Below are positions 24,845-38,000 of a DNA stretch of 64,000 bases, one piece after another; position 1 is the stretch's first letter, and every line of letters starts with the position of its first letter. The notes beneath the pieces are model-generated. The model was not told the origin of the DNA. It was given only the letters and a program-made list of their open reading frames with translations, and did not search any database. Position numbers and translations under genes: made by a program. The DNA comes from Octopus vulgaris (lineage: Eukaryota): positions 80,166,001 to 80,230,000 of the forward strand of contig OX597825.1 in the NCBI GenBank assembly GCA_951406725.2, written 5' to 3'.

Positions 24845-27800
24845 CCTTTCTATTATAGACACAAGGTCTAAAATTTTGATGGGAGGGGTTAATCAATTAC
24901 CTCAGCTCCTGGAAGGAAGAAGGGCAAAGTTCATCTCAGTGGAATTTAGGTTCAGATGCTAAAAACCTGGAAGAAATGCTGCTAAGCGTTTTTGTCCAAA
25001 ATGCAAATGAATCTGCCAGCTCACTGCCTTCATAAGGGTTTCAAATTAAGGCCCAAGGCCAGGGGTTTTGAGGAGAAGGGGCCAGTCAACACCTATTTCT
25101 TTACTACCCACAAGAGGCTAAACACAGAGGAGACAAACAAGGACAGACAGACAGATTAAGTCGATTATATCGACCCCAGTGCATAACTGGTACTTAATTT
25201 ATCGACTCCGAAAGGATGAAGGGCAAAGTCGACCTTGGCGGAATTTGAACTCAGAACGTAATGACAGATGAAATACTGCTAAGCATTTCGCCTGCCGTGC
25301 TAAGGATTCTGGTAGCTCACCGCCACTGACCAACACCCCACCCCCTCACCCAGCACATGACTTGAACTCTGTATTATCAACCCTAATGGGATGAAAGGCA
25401 AAGGGTTGGAAGAAATACCACAAGGAATATTCTAAGAGAGGAGATAGAAAGACTTATCATGTCATAAGATACTATAGAATATTGTTGTGATGAATTTATT
25501 TTATAATGTAACAGACATTTTTTCCCCTGTTTTAGGAACTAACGAGTTATTTAGATTAATTAAACCTATTTTCATTTGTTTAGACTAATTAATCTAATTT
25601 TCATTAGTTCTATTTCTACAGCAACTTCATCTTTTCTTTCGAAAAGTTGAACAACTGATCCTAACCAGCCAGGGTTCACAGTACAGGTTGTACTATTTGT
25701 CCTTTTGATCACTGAAGACAAGACATGGCTCGCAAGACCTCCTGAGTCACCGTCTCACCCAAGAAGACCTGTCCAGCAGAGGGTCAACCATTTACAGTTG
25801 AGTGGACTGGAGAACAGAAGAAACAGCCAGTCTGGGAATCAAAATCCTGATCTCACAATCTTGGATGCAACCCCTGCACCTTCACAGCTTTGTCTCAGAC
25901 CAGTTGAAATGAGAAATGTGTCAGTGATCAGGTTGCAGATAGCATGAGGAAAATTTTGACATCAAACAATAAGTGAAGTTAAACAACTTTTGTGTGTTTT
26001 TGAATATCTAATATGAATCTTCCACACAGTTTGAGATCAAATCCCATGCTGCCATTCCAAAATAATAATATTAAGTTCCACCTAATTACTTCACCGAATT
26101 CTGACTGCTATTTCCCACTCCCAGCTCATGACCTTATCTCTATGTCTGATGTGTTCATAACAATGTATTTTAATGTGTATTAATTGACAGCCATCCATGG
26201 CCATTCCCAAAATTAGCTTCAAACTAACCCTTTCTACAGAACACAAATTAATAATTTAAATAATTATCACAAATGAATGCACTCTAAATTAATAAGGCTA
26301 TAACAATTGGATTGCTAAGTATATCTCGTTATCTATCAGTAATTAAACAAACAGGATAGTTTGGTGCAAGTTCACTAAAGAGAGAGGGACTAACTAATTA
26401 ACAAACATCAGAAAATAAATTAGGGGTATGTCTGAAATGCCAGTTGTCTAAATATCAAAACAATAAAAAAAATATTTGCTTAAGTAATGAGAGGCTGTGG
26501 TGTTCATGCCTTACCCAATAGCATTAACAATGCAACTAGAAAACTGAATTATTGATAAATGTCCATGTTTGTACATAGGGCTGTCTTAGCAACATAGGTC
26601 ACAGCCAAATCAATGCCCTGGGTCGAATAGTAAATTTATTTATTATGCTGGCAACACGTAAATAGCACCATCCGGATATGGCCAATGCCAGCGCCGCCTT
26701 GACTGGCTTCTGTGCCGGTAGCACATGACCTGCTGTACTTGAGGAGACCTATTGAGTCAAGTACATCAACATCAAAATAAATACCAAATGGAAATTGTAG
26801 TTGTGATACCTGTGCCGGTGGCACGTAAAAAGCACCATCCGAACGTGGTCGATACCAGTGCCGCCTTGACTGGCTTCTGTGCTGGTGGCATGTAAAAGCA
26901 CCAACTGATCGTGGCCGTTTGCCAGCCTCGTCTGGCCCCTGTGCCAGTGGCACGTAAAAAGCACCCACTACACTCATGGAGTGGTTGGCATTAGGAATGG
27001 CATCCAGCTGTAGAAGCATTGCCAGATCAGACTGGAGCCTGGTGCAGCTTCCTGGCTTCCCAGACCTCGGTTGAACCATCCAACCCCTGCTAGCATGGAA
27101 AACGGACGTTAAACGATGATGATGACAGCAAACATAGATCAGAATTGAGCCCTTAAAATCATGAGGTCTGTGGGCAACTGTCCAATGTACCCATGCCTCA
27201 AGATAGCATTGTGTGTGTGTGTCTGTGTGGGAGTCTGTATTTCCTTCTATTAAAGCAGAGATTAACAACTTCTTAATGGAATGGTTCACTTCTGGCTTTT
27301 CACATTTGCCCCCACCACCACCACCTTCTAACCCTAATCATCATTTAACATCCATGTTCCATACTGGCAAAGGTTGGACGATTTGACAGGATTCAACAAT
27401 ACAGTTCTATATTAAGAGATGAGGAATTCTGTACATTATTTACATTTGACGGATATTTGTCCTCATCTTGTTTTTTGTTAACACAACGTTTCGGCTGATA
27501 TACCCTCCAACCTTCATCAGGTGTTTTGGGAAGATTTCGAACCTGGGGTCTCATTCCTAAGGTATTTTTCAATGTTATTATTATTATTATTATTACTATT
27601 ATTATTATTATTATTACTATTATTATTATTCAGGTCACTGCCTGAGATTGAACTCAGAATCTTGGGGTTAGTAGCCCGCGCTCTTAACCACTATACCATA
27701 TGCCCACAGGCATAATGATAATAGTAATGATAGTAATAATAATAATATTGAAAAATGCCTTAGGAATGAGAACGCAGGTTTGAAATTTCCCCAAGACACC

Positions 27801-30800
27801 TGATGAAGGCTGGCGGGTATATCAGGCAAAATGTTGTGTTAACAACAAACAAGATGAGGACAAATATCCGTCAAATGTAAATAATGTAGGATTCAACAAG
27901 TCCAAAGACTGCATCCTTCTCCAGTGCCTGCTTCTGTACAGTTTCCACGGCTGAACACTCTTCCCATAATTCCATTATGAATGACATTTATATAAACAAA
28001 AAATCTTAAAAACACCAATTAAAAGCTAACAAGTGCTCAACAATCCTCAAATACATGAAATTTGGAACACTTTAGAAATGGCCCCAGGCTCATACAGAAA
28101 TGATCTCAGTGGCCCATTTTTGGCTCAAGGGCCAGAAGTGATCCTCTCCCGTCCTAAAATAATCTGTGTGTTTCAATTAACAAACAACTAATTAGGATTA
28201 ATCTACAATGAAATGATAAATGGTTGAAAACTAATTAAAAAATTTTCAGAACAATAAAATATCAAAGGAACTTTACAGAAGAATTGTGTTGACCTGACTG
28301 AAACTGTTGCATATTGTGATGATGATGATGATGGGGATGACAATGATGATGTGTGGTAAGAAGCTTGCTGGGTTCAGTCCCACTGTGTGGCACTGTGGGC
28401 CCATGTCTTCTACTATAGCCTTGGGCCGACCAAAGCTTAGTGAGTGGATTTGGTAGATGGAAACTGAAAGAAGCCTGTCATATATATGTATACCAACCTG
28501 GCTGAAACTGGCTCTGAGTACAAATGTCTTGTTTTTATAAGTTTTAAATTAAAATCTTCCACCAAACCTTAGTCACAGTTTATGTTCCTAACACTAGCTT
28601 AATGATAATTAAGAAATATGGTAACAAAAGGGTTAAGAAAAATAATCAACAGAAGACACAAGTGGAGTCCTCAGTGTGGTCACTCTATATGCTAGAAATA
28701 ATAGCCTAAATTTCCTTCAATCCACACCCTACCCAACTGCTTCTAATGTCTATCTGCTCAAATGTAAAGGTGTGTTTAACCCTTTTGATACCAACCCAGC
28801 TGAAACCAGCTCTGGCTTTGTAGTACAAATGTTTTGTTTTCATTAGTTTTGAATTAAAATCTCCCACCAAATCTTAGTCACAATTTATATTCCTAACACT
28901 GAGCTGAATGATAATTAAGTTATTTTACTAAATTCTTTGTTATATTTAAAATTAATTGAAAGAAACACAGAGCACCTCAAAATAAGTACAGTAAATGAAA
29001 GGTTAAATTGGGCCGGTTATATATATACAAACACACACACAAACATCTACAGTAATACATGAAAAATATACTAGAAGTAACAGACATTCCTGTAACCATA
29101 ACAACCAGTGATTGTGGTGATGGTAGTGATGAGGATGGTGATGATGATGTGGAAGTATAAAGCAACCGTTTTATAATGAAATGGCTACAATTAACTGAAA
29201 GCCCACCACAACTAAACCGGAATCAACTTGACCAAACTTGGCAGTCACTTTCCGAAGTTTGTTATTTGCGTCTACTAGAAAAGGAAAAGTGGAATTCACT
29301 TTGGATCAATAAGCAATTTCGATAAACAGAGGCAAAAATGCAAAAACAGTAAAATGGTAAAAGGGAAACGGTAAATAACTTACGAGGTTCATTTGGTGAT
29401 AACATTGGTAGTTTCTCTTTGTCTTCTGCTTTGGCAATAAGTTCCTTCATTACTTTGCGTTCAAGCATTTGAGCCTTGACAGAGTCTGGAAGAAGTGGAC
29501 CCTCAACATGTGAACAACTTGAGGTCATGCTATGTCTGTTTTGAAAATTAGTGCCATCTTTTGCATTTTGAGTATAATTTTGGCTTAATTCTTGCCATTC
29601 TTGAATTCGTTCGAATGGGTTAACCAAAGGCAAAGCACTAAGATCATCGCATTTTAGAATGTTGTCCCATTTTTCACTGTCCCATGGTTTCGAGAAAACC
29701 GTTCCGGCATCACTGACAACAGATACAGCTCGATATTGGTTTAGATTATCGTATTCGGATGTCTTGGAGGAAATGATCAGATTTGGTTGTTCCATGGGTT
29801 TTAATGTCAGTTGGGGAGATATCAAATCTTCTAAGGTGGAGAAATTTGACTCTGTTTCTTTAGCTGGGCTTTTGGGATTCACAGGGAATTTATGCAATGT
29901 TTGACTGTTTGACTTGCTCTCATGCACGTTCATCGTTAGTAATATATTATCAGCAACTTTTGAACACATATTATGTAATGACCTCTTATCACTGTATTTG
30001 AGCTCAATTTTATCTGTTTTTTTGTGGTTTTCATTCTGACTATAGTAACAAGGCATTTGTAAACTTTGGTTAGCATTATTGTTCATATCACTTGAAGTTT
30101 TACCATTTTTGATCTTGTATTTATCAAAAGAAAAAATGGTGGTATTTGGTGTAACTGAAGGTGAATAAATAGTTTCTAATGTGGGTTGATGTGAGATACG
30201 ATTTTTACGTCGTTCCCGACAGTTGTGTGGTGTGGATTTCTGTCCATAAACCTGTTTGTTTGCAGAGCTTACAGGTGGGAATATCACTGAATTGACCCCT
30301 ATAGAGTCAAAGGGCTCAGTGTAGACGGGACTTTTGGTCTTTCCGTCGGAAGATTTTTGAACATATGGTACATTATGTAAGGGTGGGGGCTTTGTCTTTT
30401 CAGAGAATTTGTTCGTTGGTTGATCTGTCTTCTCACAAGAAGAGATCACAGAACCGGTCATGTTTTCTTTGCACTTTGCTACGACTGCCACATCACGGCT
30501 CAATTCATCTTGTAAAGAATTTCTCTTCTGAAGCTCAACAGCTTTTGGACAAGTTTCTATCAATGAACACTTGTTAGAATATTGTACAGTTTGGCCTGTA
30601 GAGCCTCGTCGGGTGATACGACCTTCAACATGAGAAGAAGACGAAGCAGATTGAGATGGCCATGTTACAGCGCTGTGCTGCAATTTGCTGGTAGGATTTT
30701 GACAATTATCTGGACTGGAAGCTTTTTTAAACTTATAACTAATATCATGAGCGGATTTACTGTACAAATCTTCAATTGCTTTCTGATGTTTGAAGCTTAC

Positions 30801-31950
30801 ATCATGTGAAGATTTTGCATAAAGGTCTTCTCTTTGCTTTTCAGAACTAACACAGCCAATCAGGCTCACAGCTAATTGTTCAGTCTGTGAATCTGCATTT
30901 TTTTTAGGGATGTGTAACGTGCAGTTATTTTCTGCTTCTGAATCGCTGAACATTCTGGAACCATCAATATCTGCACTTTTAACTGATGGAGAATTCTTCC
31001 AAACATCTTCGTAATCACTAAGTTTATCAGACAAGTTACTATGAAAGTATTGGGGGACAGAAAGATGATCAATGGCAGGGCCTGATTGAAGCTCAGTCTG
31101 TGGTAGATTTAAAGTATTGATTTGTGGATGCGTATGTGAACGGTGAACTTTCATGTCAACAACACTACCTTCTCTGCTACTGCCATCAGAATGCTGATGC
31201 TGGTTTGTCTTGGAGATGCATGAAGTTACGAGATGAGAATCTGAACATGAAGTTTTGGATTTTGATTTGCAACATCCTGCATTTGGGCAATTAGATTTGC
31301 TTTTGTAATTAGTCAAAGGTTTCGTTTTATGGTTAGCAGCAAGTCTGATACCAGTGCTTCCTGCGGGGATTGTGTTTGTTGAATTGTGTGGTGGCACTTG
31401 GCCCAACTTGCCTCCATTCAATGCTTTCGACGACATACTTGTTGGCTCACTCAAAGACTTGTGGAGACTACATTTCTCAGATTTATTTTTATGAGCAGAT
31501 ATAGATTTCTTCATAATGTCTGAGGTCCAGAAAGCTGAAACATAAAAATATGAGATTAAGAGAAAAAGCTTCTAAAAAACACACTCCCCTCCTTCTTTTG
31601 CAATATCATAAATTCCATTGTAATAACAAAATCTTCTAAAATTCGTCAAAAATTCTGCACAAAACTTAAGCTTATACATCTAGTATAAAATTCAAAAATT
31701 TACCCAAAGGGCAGATTATATCAAATAATAAAACGAATCTCAGTTCAAATCTCCAACTACATGGCTTTAGTTCTTGGATCAAGCAAACAACCAGACTCAT
31801 TGGATTAGCATGAAAGTGGCTGAGTATTTCACAGACATGTATACCAGTGGTTCCCAACTTCAGGTCTGTGGATCCCTGCTGGTCCACAAATGTAGTACTG
31901 GGGGGTCTATGAACTAAATTCAAAATTTCATATATATGTGTGTGTGTGTG

Positions 31951-32012
<62 letters not shown>

Positions 32013-35000
32013 ACACACACACACACATATACACAAACACAAGGATAAGCATATTAAAAGGAGTCTGTGAGAAAACTAATTTAAATAAAAGGCTTGGGAA
32101 TCACCGTGAAACGGTTGGAGACCACTGATATATACCATCATCAACATTTAACATCCTTTTTACCATGCTGGCATGGGTTTGATGGATATTTCTCCTGATC
32201 ATGTTTGTTGTTAACACAATGTTTCAGCTGATATACCCTCCAGCCTTCATCAGGTGCCTTGGGGGGAGGATGACGTTGTTGACTTGGAATCTTGGGGTTA
32301 GTAGCCCATGCTCTTAACCACTATGCCATCTGCCGTGTGCATATGCTGAAACATTGTGTTAACAACAAACAAGATGAGGACAAATATCCGTCAAATGTAA
32401 ATAATGTACATAATTCCTCATCTCTTAAATATTGACCTGCATTAAAAAAAATATTCTTTACCTTGTCCTAACAAAGCTAATGAAGTAAGTTGCTGTGATG
32501 TTTCAGCTTTGAGAATTGGCTCAGGTAGCACCAACAACTGGGGGAGGTCTTCCCTTGAAAACACAAAAATAGAAAAAAAAGACATCACAATACAATTATT
32601 AATGAAAGTGAATACATATCGATTGTTTCAAATTTTTGCACAAGGCCAGCAATTTTAGGCAGAAGGGCAGGGGGTTAAGTTGTTTACATCGACCCCAAAG
32701 CTTAAATGGTACTTACCAATTCCAAAAGGCTGCCTGGAATGCTAACGATTCTGCCAGATCACTGCCTTAATTATAATTTCAATAACATTAACCCTTTCGT
32801 TACTGTATATATAACTGTAATGGTTAATTTCTCAAGAATGTCTCTTTAAGGAACCATTATTTTGTCAAGTTAACCCTTTAACCCTTTCGTTACTGTATTT
32901 ATTTTGAGATGCTCTGTATTTCTTTCAATTACTTTAAATATAACAAAGGATTTAGTAAAATAACTTAGTTATTATTATTCAGCTAGTGTTAGGAACATAA
33001 ATTGTGACTAAGGTTTGGTGGAAGATTTTAATTCAGAAACAAGACATTTGTACAACAGAGCCAGAGGCGGTTTCAGCCAGGTTGGTACCGAAAGGGTTAA
33101 TGGGTTTACTGCATATTGTGCTCAGATGCACCACAACATATCAGAGGACATTAAAAGAGGAAAACGGATATAAGACCAGACAATGATGAAAGCTGGAAAG
33201 ACAGGGATCTTTTATCTTTCGTTTGTTTTAGCCATTGGAGTGCGGCCATGCTGGAGCACCACCTTGAAGGGTTTTTAGTCCAGGACCCCAGGATTTCATC
33301 ATCATTGTTGTTTAACATCCTCTTTCCATGCTGGCATGGGTTGGATGGTTTGACTGGGGACTGGCAAGCCAGGAGGCTGCACTAGGCTCCAATCTGATCT
33401 GGCAAGGTTTCTATAGCTGGATGCCCTTCATAATGCCAACCACTCCAAGAGTGTAGTGGATGCTTTTTATGTGCCACTGGCACGAGGGCCAGTCATGCGG
33501 TACTGGCATTGACCATGCTTGAATGGTGCTTTTTACATGCCACAAGCACAGGACCAGTCAGTCAAAGCCAAGTAATTATTGTATCAGTCTCTTTTGCTGA
33601 ACCGCTAAGTTACAAGGATGTAAACACACCAACACCAGTTATCAAGTGGTGGTAAGGGACAAACACAGACACACAACAAGCTTCTTTCAGTTTCCATGTA
33701 CCAGATCCTTTCCCAAGACTTTGGTCAGTTTAAGGCCATAGTAGACGACACTTGACCAAGGTGCCACGCAGTGGGACTGAACCTGGAACCATGTGATTGG
33801 GAAGCAAGCTTCTTACCACACAGCCACTCCTGAACCTATATGTAGAGTACATAAAATGATAAATTTTAGGAAACATGGAATTTTTTATGGATGTAGTGGC
33901 CTGGCAGCCAACAACTTATGTAGTTGTGTTTTTTTCCATGCTTTGGCATTTTCAAGTAGGAAAAATGTTTCTGAAAGTTATGGGCATTGTGCTGTTTGAT
34001 GATGTTAGATTTGTGTCCATGAGTGGTAGTGGTAGGGATCTTGAACTCAAAAAGGTCGCCAAAATGGTTATTGGAAAGATGAAAGAAGAATATTGTGGTC
34101 TTCTTACCAAGTCAGCTGCCAGTGTTTCGATGCCCAGAGAAGCAATAAATTTACGAATGTTGTAAAAAGTACCTTTCCCTGTGTGGTAAGTAGCTTGCTT
34201 ATGAACCACATGGTTCCGGGTTCAGTTCCACTGCATGGCACCTTGGCCAAGTGTCTTCTACTATAGCCTCGGGCCGACCAAAGCCTTGTGAGTGGATTTG
34301 GTAGACGGAAACTGAAAGAATCCCATCGTATATATATATATATGCGTGTGTATATGTTTGTGTGTGTGTGTGTTGTCCACCCCCACCCCCACCAAATCGC
34401 TTGACAACCGATGCTGGTGTGTTTACGTCCCCGTAACTTAGCGGCTCAGTAAAAGAGAACCGATAGAATAAGTAATAGGCTTACAAAGAGTAAGTCCTGG
34501 GGTCAATTTGCTCGGCCAAAAGGCGGTGCTCCAGCATGGCCACAGTCAAATGACTGAAACAAGTAAAAGACTATACTGAACATGTGGTAACATGGAGCAA
34601 GCATAAAAGTTACATGGAAGAGAATTCCTCCACATGGGACTTCGTTTCTGCATTCTCTTTCACATAAACTTTATTTGCCTCCACATTTGTGTTTAAACGA
34701 GTAAATACTTACAGGTTTTTGCAGTAATTAAAGATAAGTTCAGGCACATTGCTAAACGTTTTGTCGGAGCCTTGCAGGTGTGGGGAGTCATTGTAATCCT
34801 CTATCAGGTAATGCTCCACAACTGGTCCATCTGACTGCGACAAGTGAACAGACAGAGCCATTGAGTTTTTTTGAGTTGATTGCCGTACAATAAACATCTG
34901 TAAATGAAATATATGGGGAAAATTAATTAGCGAAACTGCAAAAACAAATTATAAAATAAAGTGTGTCCATAAATTATCTTTACAATTTGAAGTGTACAAG

Positions 35001-38000
35001 TGTGGAAGTTATAAAGATAATTTATGGACTGCTTTGCTGTATTAATATTGAATACCTTCTAATGGTTATCTCCCTTGTCAAGTGACCATCTCTTAAAAAA
35101 CTTTTCTCGCATTTCCGTGGCCCCTGGGATGAATAATTAAGAAAGGAGCACAAAAGGGATAAGTAGTGATTTATGCTAAGATTATTTGTTTTCCATTTAA
35201 TGATATAAATGGCTAAGGGCCACATTCGTAGTGGACTGAGGCAGACGGCAAGTCTTTATCGTCACTAATGTTTTAATGTCGACTTTTCCATGCTTGTGTG
35301 GATCAGATGGAATACGTTGAAGCAATCCTCACCCGTTTCTACAAAAGGCTGGGAATGAACACCACCACGTCCACACTGGTGACACTCATTTACAACAATC
35401 ACACAATGACAAGACCACACACAAATATGGGCTTCTTTCAGTTTCCATCTACTAAATGTACTCACAAGGCTTTGGTTGGCCTGAGGCTAGAGCAGAAGAC
35501 ATCTGCCCAAGGAATAGCACAGTGGAACTGAACCTGAAATCATGTGGTTAGGAAGTAAACTTCTTTACCACACAGCCACACCAAGAATGGTATGAAAAAG
35601 TAATTAATATTTGTTTAAGTTGTATTTCGCCAGCCATTATGTTCTTGACGGAATTTCAACTCAGAACGCTGCGACAGGTGAAACACCGCTAAGCATTTCA
35701 CCCGGCATGCTAACGTCTCTGCCAGCTCGCTGCCTTTAATAATAATAATTTTCTACTATAGGCACAAGGCTGAAATTTTAGAGGAGGGGGTAGTCACTTA
35801 CTTCAACCCCAGTGTTTCACTGGTACTTAATTTATCGACCCCAAAAGGATAAAAGCAAAGTCAACCACGATGGAATTTGAACTCAGGACGTAGTGACAGG
35901 CAAAATACTAAGCATTTCGTCCAGTGTGCTAATGATTCTGCCAATATTGGTTTCAAATTGTGGCACAAGGCAGTTTGGGGGGAGGGGTCTCGTTGATTAC
36001 ATTGACCCCAGTCCTCAACTGATACCTATTTCATTGACCCCAAAAGGATGGACAGGCAAAGTTGACCTCAGTGGAATTTGAAACCAGATCATAAAGAGTT
36101 AAAAGAAATACTTAATTACTCTAGACACAAGGCCTGAAATTTGGGGGGGAGGGGGCCAGTCAATTAGATTGACCCCAATATGCAACTGGTACTTAATTTA
36201 TCATGAAAGGCAAAGTCGACCTCAGCAGAATTTGAACTCGGAATGTAGCAACAGACAAAATACCGTTAAGCACTTTGCCCAGTGTGCTAACGTTTCTGCC
36301 AGCTTGGCACCTTGAGTTTTGTGCTAAGCATTTTCTCCAATCTGCAAATGATTCTTCAGTCAGCTTGCTGCCTTTGAGTAAATATTTTCTTGAGTTCAAG
36401 GATTCATGGGGCCAATTACCCTAGTTTCCAAGGTAACTGGCCAAGATCAAAACATTCCCCCTGAAAGGGACACTTTCTATTGCAGGGTCGCTCATTTACA
36501 GCCAAGGGGACTGAGCAATGTGAAACAAAGAGTTTTTGCTATAAAAAGAAAAAAAACACAATGTACCACCCAATCTAGGAATAGAAACCACGATCTTGGG
36601 ACTTGGAGCGCAACACCCTAACCACAAGGCCATGTGTTTTCACAAAGAAGTAATGAGAGGAGGAGGAGGAGGAGGAGAAGGATAAAGTGAAGTCTTACCC
36701 CAGGAATTCCATCCTTGAGAAGATGAACAGCACCAATACGGCCAATATCTGGCAGGCACCAGATAGAACGGCTTTTCTCCAGGCGCTCCCAGAAGCTTAT
36801 TGGACGAGTCTCCTGCTCGATAGAAATTGGTATTATCTGTAAAAACAAGAACAAAGATGTTCAGAAGATCACAAGAAGTTTTCAGAGATGAAATGACTGA
36901 CAAGATTCTTTGAAATGATTGGAACAGAATTTCAGGAAGAAGCTTAAAGTGTAGAATACAGCTGCTCTGGACCAAGCCTTTAATTGGAAACTAACGAAAC
37001 AACTATTAATTAGCAGTGTGCTCATTGGTTACACTCTTTTACTTGTTTCAGTCATTTGACTGTGACCATGCTGGAGCACCACCTTTAGTCGAGCTTATTG
37101 ACCCCAGGGCTTATTCTTTGTAAGCCTAGTACTTATTCTATTGGTCACTTTTGCCGAACCACTAAGTTACAGGGACGTAAACACACCAGCATCGGTTGTT
37201 AAGCGATGTTGGGGGGAGAAACATATACACACACATACATACATACGGCGGGCTTCTTTTAATTTCCGTCTACCAAATCCACTCACACGGCTTTGGTCAG
37301 CCTGAGGCTATAGTAGAAGACACTTGCCCAAGGTGCCACGGAGTGGGACTGAACCCGGAACCATATGGTTCGTAAGTGGTATTATGTCTGTATCTATAGT
37401 ACCTCTCTACAGCTAGGTGGTCTGAGCCAACAAGAGAGAAGTCTGGTGGTCATAGATAAGATTATAGCAAAATCATGTCTTTGATAATCTGACCAATTCC
37501 TGACAGATTTGGTCAACCGTGGCCGAATGCTGAATGGATAATAATGAGAATATGAATAAAGTCTGCAAGTTTGTTATATCCACTGTGTTTCATGTCTTTG
37601 AGTCGGATAATTATTCCACTGGTTACAGTTTATTTAACCATCAGTTTCCACTCACAAGGATTTGGATGGCTCAGGGCTATTGTAGAAGACTCTTGCCTAA
37701 GGTGCCAGGCAGCAGGACTGAACCCGGAGTGATGTGATTGGGAAGCAAGCTTCTTACCACACAGCCATGCCTGGTATAATTAGGAAAATGGAGATGGAAT
37801 AAATTGGCTGAGACAAAAAGCTAAATAAATAAAGCGAACGCGGAATAGACAACAGTGTGAAGGAGCAGCAAGGAATATTTAAAGGAATTAAACAGCTGGG
37901 GGAGGGCGAGGAAGGATCGGGAAGCAGTGGAGATAGTAACATATACAAACAAAACAGAAATTGGTGACAAACAGTCAGAAAATGGCTTAGGACATAATTT

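Noticed and set aside
26636-27289. 217-aa ORF, and similar ORFs at 12871-13431, 22674-23237, 17403-17834 and 61767-62171
   Set aside because: These are translations of SINE and retroposon repeats. The same peptides (LQLDALPNANH, RHLPKVP, HTHTHIY) recur throughout the window. Only the part of 22643-22885 overlapping exon 8 is coding.
29262-31514. 750-aa track ORF as a standalone single-exon gene
   Set aside because: It is the large internal RIN exon. The true borders are 31534 and 29384, and the ORF's last ~40 residues are intron read-through.
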